Shown here piece by piece: positions 21,393 through 31,564 of a DNA stretch of 35,810 bases (within the stretch, counting starts at the first letter, position 1; each line of letters starts with the position of its first letter). The translations under genes were made by a program, and so were the position numbers. The DNA is from Macrostomum lignano (Eukaryota), in the NCBI GenBank assembly GCA_002269645.1, contig NIVC01004758.1, positions 1 to 35,810 on the forward strand, read 5' to 3'. The notes under the pieces are model-generated. The model was not told the DNA's origin, made no database searches, and was given only the letters and a program-made list of their open reading frames with translations.

Positions 21393-21998
21393 TATCTTCC
21401 TGTCAGTATCTGTATGAAAAGTTGAACTATTAGTCTGAATTCCAACATCTTGGCTACAAGTCGTACAGCTCTGCTTGCTATCCATCTCTGAATTTAGTCT
21501 CTCTAGACTGCGTATGCAGTTGTAAACTGCAGGTGAATAACTGAAAAGTACATGCAGTCACTTAATTAGTTGAGTACTCTTGCAGTCTTTATTATTTGGC
21601 TTTATACTGCATTACGCCAATTGTTTCAAAGCAATTTTAAATTTTCCTACTTATTTTTACACCTTGACACAATCATTATTTAAGCTACCAAGTAGTGTGC
21701 TTTGCAGCATTTCCACACATCTCATGCTTTATACAAAAGGTATTAATTTATTTATGCCATTTATCAGTTCATCAGCTCCGGTGCTAGACTGACCAACAAT
21801 TATCTACGGCAACTACTTTTACTCTAACCAGTCTTCACTTTGGTATGCTACGCATTAATAACCTAAATATAAAGCATGTCAAAAATTTGCGTTTAAAAAC
21901 TTTTCATATATAAGAAAGTGAAATCAGTTGTTTTCGATAATTATATATATTTACTGAATTGCTTATAAGACGGCTCTTCCACAAGTATCAATAGGTAA

Positions 21999-22625
21999 CC
22001 CTCCCAGCTTCTCAGACAGCCGCCCTCCCAGCTCCTCAAACAGGCACCCTCCCAGCTACTCAAACAGCCGCCCTCCCAGCTCCTCAAACAGCACCCTCCA
22101 AGCTACTCAAACAGCCGCCCTCCCAGCTCCTCAAACAGGCACCCTCCCAGCTCCTCAAACAGCGCCCTCCCAGCTCCTCAAACAGCCGCCCTCCCAGCTC
22201 CTCAAACAGGCACCCTCCCAGCTCCTCAAACAGGCACCCTCCCAGCTCCTCAAACAGGCACCCTCCCAGCTCCTCAAACAGGCACCCTCCCAGCTACTCA
22301 AACAGCCGCCCTCCCAGCTCCTCAAACAGGCACCCTCCCAGCTTCTCAGACAGCCACCCTCCAGCTCCTCAAACAACCGCCCTCCCAGCTCCCCAAACAG
22401 CCGCCCTCCAAACTCCTATATACTCAGACAGCACCCTCGTAGATACTCAGACAGGCACCCTCATAGATGCTCAGACAGGCACCCTCATAGATGTCTCAGA
22501 CAGCCACCCTCATAGATGCTCAGACAGCCACCCTCATAGATGTCTCAGACAGGCACCCTCATAGATGCTCAGACAGCCTCCCTCATAGATGCTCAGACAG
22601 CCTCCTCATAGATGCTCAGACAGAC
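21999..22625. repeat. Two abutting about 24-bp minisatellites (CCTCCCAGCTCCTCAAACAGGCAC, then CAGACAGGCACCCTCATAGATGCT) upstream of MKK4
   Basis: The unit switches at about 22430 and both share CAGGCACCCTC. A donor-like AG|GTAACC at 21995 suggests a 5'UTR intron. Confidence 0.9.
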
Positions 22626-22767
22626 AAAGAAATCCTGCTCAATCCTCACAACTCAACCGCGAACTCCGCCCACTCGCCCATCCTCCAGCCCAGTCCGTCC
22701 CCGAGCCCCCAGCGCGCAGCACCTCCACGCCAGCAACCGCCTCTCCACTGCACTCTGCGGCGCTCCC

Positions 22768-23416
22768 ATGGGCGACAAGAGCAAACTGCAGAAGCCCCGC
22801 TTCGAGCTGCCCATCGCGGCAGCGGCAGCCGCAGCGGCAGCGGCGGCGGCTGCTACGGCAGCAGCGACCGGCAACGACTGCCGCTCGGTGACCACCGGCC
22901 TGCAGCCGCAGCTGTCCTGCCTGTCCTCAATGCCGGCTGTCGGCAAGCTGAAGCTGCCGTCTCCGTCTGACAGCGACGCCTCGGCAACCGCCGACTCCGC
23001 CGCATCGCCGAATGTCGAGCGAGATTTCAGCGTCGACGACCTTGAAGACCTCGGCGAGATCGGCCGGGGCGCATTCGGCACGGTGAACAGCATGCGGTAC
23101 ATCCCCACTGGCATCCCGCTGGCCGTCAAGCGCATCCGGTCCACCGTGGACGAGCGCACGCAGAAGAACATGCTGGCAGAGCTCAGCATTGTTGTCAACT
23201 GCGACTGCGAGTTCATTGCCAAGTCCTACGGGGCCCTGTTCAAGGAGGGCGACTGCTGGATCTGCATGGAGCTGATGGACACCAGCCTGGACAAGCTGTA
23301 CCGGGTGGTGTATCACCATCTCATGACTCACATTCCCGAGCCCGTGATTGCCTCGATTGCCTACTGCACTGTGTCTGCCTTGAACTACCTGAAGAGCATC
23401 TCAAGATGATGCATAG
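22768..23416 (+). CDS. MAP2K4: MKK4/MAP2K4 coding exon 1 (docking-like N-terminus, kinase subdomains I-VIa); apparent 1-bp deletion near 23397
   Basis: DLGEIGRGAFGTV, AVKRIRSTVDE and GALFKEGDCWICMELM; GTAAGT donor at 23417. The start ATG is inferred. Confidence 0.9.
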
Positions 23417-23464
23417 GTAAGTTCAGTGGTTCTTGGTGTTTGGTTTCTCCAATGAGATATTGAA

Positions 23465-23610
23465 ATTCCCAGATATTTGCAATCCCCATGCAGATATTTA
23501 AAATTCCTATTCAGATATTGCAAATCCCCATTCAGATATTGCAAATCCCCATTCAGATATTGCAAATCCCCATTCAGATATTGCAAATCCCCATTCAGAT
23601 ATTAAAAATC
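23465..23610. repeat. 21-bp minisatellite CAGATATTGCAAATCCCCATT in MKK4 intron 1
   Basis: About 7 units. Confidence 0.9.
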
Positions 23611-23699
23611 CCCATTTAGATGTAACCGCAGATACAGATCCAGGTGTAAAGTACATAGAAAGGAATTCGCAATTAGCTGTCTCTTCACCACAACCGCAG

Positions 23700-23973
23700 A
23701 GACGTGAAGCCCAGCAACATCCTGGCCGACCGCTCTGGCCGAGTGAAGCTGTGCGACTTTGGCATCGCTGGAAACCTGGTGGACAGCATCGCCAAGACCC
23801 GGGACGCCGGCTGCCGGCCATACATGGCCCCCGAGCGTATCGACCATCAGCGAATGCAGGACGGCTACGATGTACGCAGCGACATCTGGTCTCTGGGCAT
23901 CTCCCTGTACGAGCTCTGCACCGGCCGCTTCCCCTACAAGCAGTGGAGCACCATGTTTGAGCAGCTCGAGCAG
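23700..23973 (+). CDS. MAP2K4: MKK4 exon 2: (R)DVKPSNIL...DFGIAGNLVDSIAKTRDAGCRPYMAPERID...EQLEQ
   Basis: The activation-loop SIAKT motif is diagnostic of MKK4 (MKK7 has SKAKT); CAG and GTAAGC sites; 274 bp. Confidence 0.96.
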
Positions 23974-23999
23974 GTAAGCACTGGTGTCTTTGAGGGTGT

Positions 24000-24160
24000 A
24001 CAGGTAGCTTTGGTGACTCACAGGTAGCTTTGGTGACTCACAGGTAGCTTTGGTGACTCACAGGTAGCTTTGTTGACTCACAGGTAGCTTTGGTGACTCA
24101 CAGGTAGCTTTGGTGACTCACATGTAGCTTTGGTGACTCACAGGTAGCTTTGGTGAATCA
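24000..24160. repeat. 20-bp minisatellite CAGGTAGCTTTGGTGACTCA in MKK4 intron 2
   Basis: About 8 units. Confidence 0.95.
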
Positions 24161-24183
24161 CAAGCAACTCGGCAACTTTGCAG

Positions 24184-24437
24184 GTGGTAAAAAGCGACCC
24201 GCCGCGCCTGACGGACGAACGGTTCAGCGCCAACGCGCACAACTTTGTAAACTTCTGCCTGACCAAGGATGTGCAGAGGCGGCCCAAGTACCGGGCGCTG
24301 CTGCAGCACAGCTTCCTCACGTCCGGCCCGGATCGGGGGCCTCCGCCAGCTTCTTTGACTTCGTTCTGACCAGCTGCGTGCCGGAGGGCGGCGCTGCCGG
24401 CGGCATCAACGAGCTGGTGTCCGCCCTGCGCATCTGA
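24184..24437 (+). CDS. MAP2K4: MKK4 exon 3 (last): VVKSDPPRL...NFVNFCLTKD..RRPKY.ALLQHSF; apparent 1-bp deletion near 24335-24345
   Basis: Kinase subdomain XI in phase 0. As sequenced, the frame stops at 24369; the shifted frame gives ASFFDFVL... to TGA at 24437, for about 392 aa in total. Confidence 0.85.
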
Positions 24438-24879
24438 GATACGCACCGTTGTACTTTCTCCTTTTTTAGATATAGAACAGCTGACTGTGTTTCTGTTTAA
24501 TCTCTTTCAAAGCATAACCTGAATTTCGCCGGGTTTTTCTGCATGAATTCCCCTGAATTTGCTTTGGCGTTTTTCTTGACCAAGATTTCCCCATAGTGAG
24601 ACGGGGTCTGATCTCGTCAGACCTGTATTTCCGTATGAGATTCTTCAACTTCCAACTTCCTCCATCTTATTCGCCACTTGTTCACCTCTTTTAATAACTG
24701 TTCGCGTTTCACTGCTTTGCAATTTGACCTCTCTAAAGCAATTTTAGAGGTCATATGTTTATAATTTTGTAATTATTTCAATAATTAAGATTTAATCTTG
24801 AGTCCTAATTTTACTGCCCTCTGGTTGGATTTCCGTGTTTTTGTTGCCCGCAGCAGGCAGAGCCCACGACCCACTCCGT

Positions 24880-25291
24880 CAGTCCAGATGTACGCAGAAG
24901 GCAGAGAGCCCCCACCCCCAAACCACCAGTCCAGATGTACGCAGAAGGCAGAGAGCCCCCACCCACTTCTCCAGTCCAGATGTTCGCAGAAGGCAGAGAG
25001 CCCCCACCTCACTCCGCCAGTCCAGATGTTAACCCTAACCCTAACCCTAACCCTAACCCAGTCCAGATGTACGCATAAGGCAAAGAGTCCCCACCCCACT
25101 CCGCCAGTCCAGATGTACGCAGAAGGCAGAGTCCCCACCCCACTCCGCCAGTCCAGATGTACGCAGAAGGCAGAGTCCCCACCCCACTCCACCAGTCCAG
25201 ATGTACGCAGAAGGCAGAGTCCCCACCCCACTCCGCCAGTCCAGATGTACGCAGAAGGCAGAGTCCCCACCCCACTCCGCCAGTCCAGATG
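24880..25291. repeat. About 44-bp minisatellite CCAGTCCAGATGTACGCAGAAGGCAGAG... with an embedded (TAACCC)5 tract at 25030-25059
   Basis: About 9 units, read directly. Confidence 0.93.
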
Positions 25292-25654
25292 TTTTCTTGA
25301 TTGCATGCTCTGCGCAGATCTTTTCGGCTAAATGATGAACCGACTATTTTTGTTTGTTTTCTTGCGCATGTTTCCTGCTGTTATTTGATAGCAGAGATGA
25401 TGAGTTTCTTGTTTAGCTATTTTTTACGTTTCTGGTGCAACACTGCGCAACATTTGCACACAATTTTTACGGTGCATTTTCGCATGCAATTAAGATTAAT
25501 GACACCGCAGTTTCGTGTCTGGAAAATTTAAACTCGTATTTGAATTCGCTGAATATTGCCGCGGCTTGCAAGCTTGGATTTTCGTATGGTTTTTAAAAAT
25601 ATTATTATGGTTAAATTTCTGCCTAAAACTGACACAATCATCCATCGGTCACCC

Positions 25655-26135
25655 AACTCGGACACTCATACACGGGACACCCCACTCGGAGACTCATTTA
25701 CCGGACACCCACTCGGACACCCCACTCAGACACTCATACACTGGCCACCCCACTCGGAGACTCATTTACCGGACACCCCATTTGGACACTCATACACCGG
25801 ACACCCCACTCGGACACCCTCTCGGACACTCATTCACCGGAAACCCCACTCGGACACTCATTCACCGGACACCCCACTCGGACACCCTCACGGACACTCA
25901 TTCACCGGAAACCCCACTCGGACACCCTCTCGGACACTCATTCGCCGGAAACCCCACTCGGACACTCATTCACCGGACACCCCACTCGGACACTTTCTCG
26001 GACACTCATTCACCGGAAACCCCACTCGGACACTCATTCACCGGAAACCCCACTCGGACACTCATTCACCGGACACCCCACTCGGACACCCTCTCGGACA
26101 CTCATTCACCGGAAACCCCACTCGGACACCCATCA
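25655..26135. repeat. Modular minisatellite CCCCACTCGGACACTCATTCACCGGAAA (28 bp) with optional 12-bp modules
   Basis: Explains both repetitive ORFs at 25515-26158. Confidence 0.93.
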
Positions 26136-26679
26136 GACTAATCAATCTTTGTCGTTAAATTTTTGCACAGGTTGCTTTTCTATTTTCACGCCTTACTCTG
26201 GTGCCCCGCTCTGTACACTGCGCTCTCGTCTATGCGCGATCGGCACCGGACAAACTTGTTAAACTCGCAATCGCCCAAGTCCATCGCTCACTCGCTCTTG
26301 CGCACCTTGCATGTTGTCCAAGCAATATTGTCTTAGTCTTTGTAGCGACACCAGAGTCTATTTAATATATCTCTCTGTTTTCTCTTTTGCAATTTTTTGT
26401 TATTTGATTAATTGATTTATTAATTACCTGCCGCGCTGTTGTCTTCAGTTTCCATTCCCTGACTCAAATTTTGCGTGACTTCTTGTGCTACTGTGGGTCT
26501 AATTTCTAGCGTATAAATAATGTTAGTTTAGCTGGATCGCGAAGCAATACTAATACTCGTAGCTTTACTTGTGGACTGATTCGTAAGAAATATGACCATT
26601 ATTTGTGTCTTTTTCATGCGCCTTCCTCAGTGCTAATCCTTTTAAGGATGATAAAACAGTTAGGGATTGTTGGTGCATG

Positions 26680-27230
26680 AAGGATTCTGGGATTCTAGTT
26701 GGGGATTTAAGGATTAGGATTCTAGCTATGGATTCTGAGATTCTAGCTGGGGATTCTGGGAATCTAGTTAGGGATTCTGGGATTCTAGTTGGGGATTCTG
26801 GGATTCTAGTTGGGGACTTAAAGATTGGGATTCTAGCTAGGGATTCTAGGATTCTGGGATTCTAGTTAGGGATTTATGGATTGGGATTCTAGGTAGGGAT
26901 GCTGGGATTGTAGTAGGTGATTCTGGGATTCTAGTTGGGGATTCTGGGATTCTAGTTGGGGATTCTGGGATTCTAGTTGGGGATTCTGGGATTCTAGTTG
27001 GGGATTCTGGGATTCTAGTTGGGGATTCTGGGATTCTAGTTGGGGATTCTGGGATTCTAGTTGGGGATTCTGGGATTCTAGTTGGGGATTCTGGGATTCT
27101 AGTTAAGGATTCTGGGATTCTAGTTGGGGATTCTGGGATTCTAGTTAGGGATTCTATGATTCTAGTTGGGGATTCTGGCATTCTAGTTGGGGATTCTGGG
27201 ATTCTATTTAAGGATTCTGGGATTCTAGCT
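26680..27230. repeat. 21-bp minisatellite GGGATTCTAGTTGGGGATTCT
   Basis: More than 20 units with a homogeneous core. Confidence 0.95.
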
Positions 27231-27361
27231 TGCATTCTACTCGTAAAACCGTTAAATCGATTCGCTATCTTCATAACTTTGCACTTTATGCAAGACAGTT
27301 AATTGCTTCTATTAAAAGAAAGTCAAATCCAAAAGCAGACGCAGCACCAGCAGAAGCAGCA

Positions 27362-27994
27362 ATGCGCAAGAAGCAGTCTTCCACGCGCCGAATGGCCGGC
27401 AGCGACGAAGACGACTTGGAGGCCACCGCGGCCGGCGAGCCTCCCAGCCCGCCGCCGAACGGCAACGGCGGCGCCGATGCGGGAGCAGAAGATTCGCAGG
27501 CAAAAGCAGCAGAAGGTGGAGAAGAAGCCGTACGAGAAGCAGAAGAGGCCGGAGCCAAAGAAGAATCTGCGGCGACGCCCGTCAGCACGAGGACTCGCGG
27601 CAGCAGCGGCGGCGGCGGCGGCACGCACACCTCCCCGGTGTCGGCGCCCGGCATCTACGACACGGTGAAGTGCACCGCCTGCGGCAAGCGGGTGAACCCC
27701 TACAACGGCACCATGCAGCTGCACCCCATGCTCAGCGTGCTGGTCTGTCAGCGCTGCTACAAGTTTTATCGCACCGGCCAGTTTGACATCGACCACGACG
27801 GCAAGGAGAACCAGTGCCGCTGGTGCGGCGAGGGCGGCTCCCTGATCTGCTGCGACCGCTGCCAGCACTCCTTCTGCAAGTCCTGCATCCGCAGGAACCT
27901 CGGCCGCTCGGCGCTGCAAAGCGTTGAGGAGCTGCCCGACGATGCCGTCTGGAGCTGCTACATGTGCGACTCTGCGCCGCTGCTGGAACTGCAG
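27362..27994 (+). CDS. ATRX-type ADD-domain protein, coding exon 1 (GATA-like finger plus PHD-like finger)
   Basis: VKCTACG..VN...HPMLSVLVCQRC..FY....F..D.DG.E.QCRWCGEGG.LICCD.C...FCK.CI.RNLGR...W.CY.C is ATRX-class rather than DNMT3-class. GTGAGC donor at 27995; the start ATG is inferred. Confidence 0.92.
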
Positions 27995-28064
27995 GTGAGC
28001 TCGGCATTTCTTATCCTCGGCTCGGGTCAGCACTCTCTGCTTCAGCAACTAGCTCTCAGATCCT

Positions 28065-28815
28065 CATTTGCTGGGCCAGCCTCCCAGATTTTCAGTTGAT
28101 GTGCCAGCTTCCCAAAGTGTCAGTTGCTGGGCCAGCCTCCAGAGTGTCAGTTGCTGGGCCAGCCTCCCAGAGTGTCAGTTGCTGGGCCAGCCTCCAGAGT
28201 GTCAGTTGCCGGGCCAGCCTCCCAGAGTGTCAGTTGCTGTGCCAGCTTCCCAAAGTGTCAGTTGCTGGGCCAGCCTCCCAGAGTGTCAGTTGCTGGGCCA
28301 GCCTCCCAGATCCTCAGTTGCTGGGCCAGCCTCCCAGAGTGTCAGTTGCTGGGCCAGCCTCTCAGAGTGTCAGTTGCTGGGCCAGCCTCCCAGAGTGTCA
28401 GTTGCTGGGCCAGCCTCCCAGAGTGTCAGTTGCTGGGCCAGCCTCCCAGAGTGTCAGTTGCTGGGCCAGCCTCCCAGATCCTCAGTTGCTGGGCCAGCCT
28501 CCCAGAGTGTCAGTTGGGGGGGGGCAGTCTCCCAAAGTGTCAGTTAGGGGGGGCAGTCTCCCAAAGTGTCAGTTTGGGGGGGGGGGTCTCCCAAAGTGTC
28601 AGTTGGGGGGGGCAGTCTCCCAAAGTGTCAGTCGCTGGGCCAGCCTCCCAGAGTGTCAGTTGCTGGGCCAGGCTCCCAGAGTGTCAGTTGGGGGGGGGGG
28701 CCAGCCTCCCAAAGTGTCAGTTGCTGGGCCAGCCTCCCAGAGTGTCAGTTGGGGGGGGGGGCAGCCTCCCAAAGTGTCAGTTGCTGGGCCAGCCTCTCAA
28801 GTCCCCAGTTGCTGG
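28065..28815. repeat. 28-bp minisatellite GTGTCAGTTGCTGGGCCAGCCTCCCAGA with poly-G variants, in intron 1 of the ADD gene
   Basis: About 26 units. Confidence 0.95.
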
Positions 28816-28879
28816 GCCGTCGCCCCTCTCTCCAGTCATTCCCCAACAGCCAACTCAACTCTCCCTGCCCCACCCGCAG

Positions 28880-29541
28880 ACGGAGGCCCGGGTTGTCATG
28901 CAGGCGGTGCGTGATAAGTACAGCACCGAGGCGGCACGCAGCCGCAAGCAGCAACAGCACCAGCAGCTGAAACTGCAGCAGCAAAAGCAGCAGCAGCAGC
29001 AGAGGCTTCAACAGCGCCAGGGGGCAGCTTCAGCAGTGCCAGCAGGTGGCTTCATGGGCCTGAAGCTGGACATGAGCTCGGTGCCCAGGCTGCCCGGCAC
29101 CACAGCGGCGATGGCAACCACAGCCGGGGTGATATCTGGAGGCCTCAGCAAGCAGCAGCAGCAGCAGCGACAGCGGCAGCAGCTTCTCATGCAGCAGCAG
29201 CAGCGCTTCGCCCAGTCCGTGCCGCGGCTGCCGGCTGCCGCCGGCTCCTCCCAGTTGGCTCTGCAGCGCCAGCAGCAGCAGCAGCTTCAACAGCTGCAGA
29301 AATTGCAACAACAGCAGCAGCAGCAGCTGCAGCAGAGGCAGCGCGCAATGGCGGCAGCTGGCAGCAGTGCGGTGATGACGGAGCAGTGGTACAAGAAGAA
29401 CGTCCGCATCGAGTCCATCCTGGCCGATATCGAGTCCGTGAACACTTATAACATTGGCCCGGCGCTCAATGCCACGGTCACCCTGCTGCAGGGCATGATG
29501 CGCCAGTACAGCCGCCTGCTGCAGGATCTGGCCGCGGTCAG
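28880..29541 (+). CDS. ADD-domain protein exon 2 (polyQ-rich, start of a helical segment)
   Basis: CAG acceptor in phase 0, GC3-rich codons, AG|GTCAGT donor in phase 2 matching exon 3. Confidence 0.85.
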
Positions 29542-29599
29542 GTCAGTTCGCTGGCTGGGGGTATTTTGGGGGAATTCTTTTGCTTGGGGGATTTTAGTG

Positions 29600-29775
29600 A
29601 GATTTCCATGACGGTGGATTCTCTTTGATGAATTTCCATAGGAAGGTGGATTTTCCTTGCAGGGAATTTCCATAGGAGTGTTGATTCTCCTTGTGGGGAA
29701 TTTCCATAGGAGGGTGGATTCTCCTTGTGGGGAATTTCCATATGAGTGTTGATTCTCCTTGCAGGGAATTTCCAT
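29600..29775. repeat. About 34-bp minisatellite GGGAATTTCCATAGGAGTGTTGATTCTCCTTG in intron 2 of the ADD gene
   Basis: About 5 diverged units. Confidence 0.8.
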
Positions 29776-29900
29776 GCTAGGGCTTGCTCTCCTTTATGAC
29801 TTTTTTCGAACGTTAAAAACTCAAAAGTAACTTCAAATATACAAAATTGACGTTTGATTGACTTAACCTGACCCGCATAACCCCGTCTCCCCGAACACAG

Positions 29901-31172
29901 GACCAACCAGGACCGGGCCCAGGTGGTGTCCCGATTCAAGAGCGCCTACCGGATGCACCTGTTCCTGCGCCTGGGCAAGCTGCGCAGCCTCATTGCCGAG
30001 CAGGACCGCCACTCAGTGCGCAAGGCCGCGCCAGCCGGAGCCGCCGCCGCCACGCCGAAGCCGGCCGGCCTCTCCCTGGCCTCCGTGCTGCCGCAGTCCT
30101 CGGCGTCAACGATGGCTGCCGCGGCGGCGCTGCAGCTGCCTGGCACCGCCAGCAAGACAGTGATGGACGCGCAGAACCAGGCGATCCCCATCGCCGAGCT
30201 GCTGCCCGAGCTGAACCGCAACATCCGGGAGATGATCGAGCGGCAGAACCAGGCCCGCAGGGACTCCGAAGCCGCCGCCGCGGCTGCCGCGTCCGGCGTC
30301 GCCATTGTCAGCGGTGGCGAGTCGGTTGAAGCCGGCGGCGAAGGCGACATTGTTGTGCTGAGCGACAAGGAGGCCTCGTGCTCTGCCGGGGCGGACGGCA
30401 TTGCGGAGCTCCTAACGAAGCGGCGGCAGCGCGAGGCCGAGGCTTCCGCGGGCGCTGCGTCGGTCGCCACGTCGAAGTCGAGGAAGAAGAGCCAGCCGAG
30501 GAAGATCACCCTGCCCGCCACCAATCGGCGAATCGCCCTCGGCGACGGTGACGACGAAGCCGAAACTGGCAGCAACAGCAACGGCATCGGCGAGGACGCC
30601 GACGTCGACTACGGAAACGGCGCCGACGATTCGGCGATGCCACAGGCGGCGGCGATGAACGAAAATGGCGACGATGGGGCTGGCGAAGCGGCGTATGGCA
30701 TGGAGGCCGACGCTGCTCCCGACGATGCTCCCGGCGATGCTGGCGACGCTCCTAACGATGTTTGCGACGCACTTGAAGATGTGGGCGAGGCTCCCGAGGA
30801 TGTCGGTGAGGCTCGCGCCGATGTCGGCGAAGCTCCTGGCGACGCCAACAACGGCACGGAGGCTCCACCAGCGATCGTGGCTCCGACGAGCCGTTCGACA
30901 GCGCCGACGCTGCCGCCGCGGATGTCGCCGCCGCGGTTGCCGCTGTAGCCGCGGCAGATGGCGACCAGTTCGAGCCGCTGTGGGCGACTCTGGGCGAGGA
31001 AGCTGGCCGGGGTGACAACGGGGATGGCGGCGGCTCCGTCAAGCGATGCCGCGCTGAAGATCCCGACGCAGCAGACGCCGATCAGGACGATGATGACGAG
31101 CCGGCGCACAAGCGGTCGCGGCCGCAGTCGCCCGGCAGTCTTGAGACGCCGCCTTCGTCCGTCACAGCTTGA
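29901..31172 (+). CDS. ADD-domain protein exon 3 (last): Ala-rich, SIM-like DIVVLSD, acidic tail; apparent 1-bp deletion near 30856
   Basis: CAG acceptor ends at 29900. As sequenced, the frame stops at 30948; the shifted frame continues the D/E-rich composition to TGA at 31172, for about 855 aa in total. Confidence 0.75.
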
Positions 31173-31289
31173 GACAGTTGCCAGTAGCTTTTTGGCGTCT
31201 CCGACGCGGGACTACTACTTGAAGTAGGATGCGCGCATATCAAATCGCAAATAGTGCTAAGTTTTCTATTAATAATGTTAAGTAAGCTG

Positions 31290-31564
31290 TTGCTAATCTA
31301 GCCAATCAGGTACGAATTAATGGAATGGATTGCTAATCTAGCCAATCAGGTACGAATTAATGGAATGGATTGCTAATCTAGCCAATCAGGTACGAAGTAA
31401 TGGAATGGATTGCTAATCTAGTCAATCAGGTACGAAGGAATAAAATGGATTGCTAATCTAGCCAATCAGGTACGAAGGAATGGAATGGATTGCTAATCTA
31501 GCCTATCAGGTACGAAGGAATATAATGGATTGCTAATCTAGCCCATCAGGTACGAAGGAATATA
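31290..31564. repeat. 40-bp minisatellite (TGGATTGCTAATCTAGCCAATCAGGTACGAAGGAATATAA), left part
   Basis: 7 units at 40-bp spacing, interrupted by the transposon. Confidence 0.95.

Noticed and set aside
23380-23416. Rescue of the MKK4 frameshift by an alternative donor or micro-intron
   Set aside because: There is no GT dinucleotide between the shift and the real donor at 23417.
25515-27274. HSDTP/GHPTR and RIPESPT repeat proteins
   Set aside because: Translations of the 28-bp and 21-bp minisatellites.
27964-28879. Long ORFs running through ADD intron 1 (including the first half of the 495-aa ORF)
   Set aside because: The 28-bp repeat is bounded by canonical splice sites whose phases join the ADD exon directly to 28880.
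27362-31172. Calling this gene ATRX or DNMT3
   Set aside because: No SNF2 helicase, PWWP or methyltransferase motifs were seen; only the ADD domain is supported, so no symbol is given.
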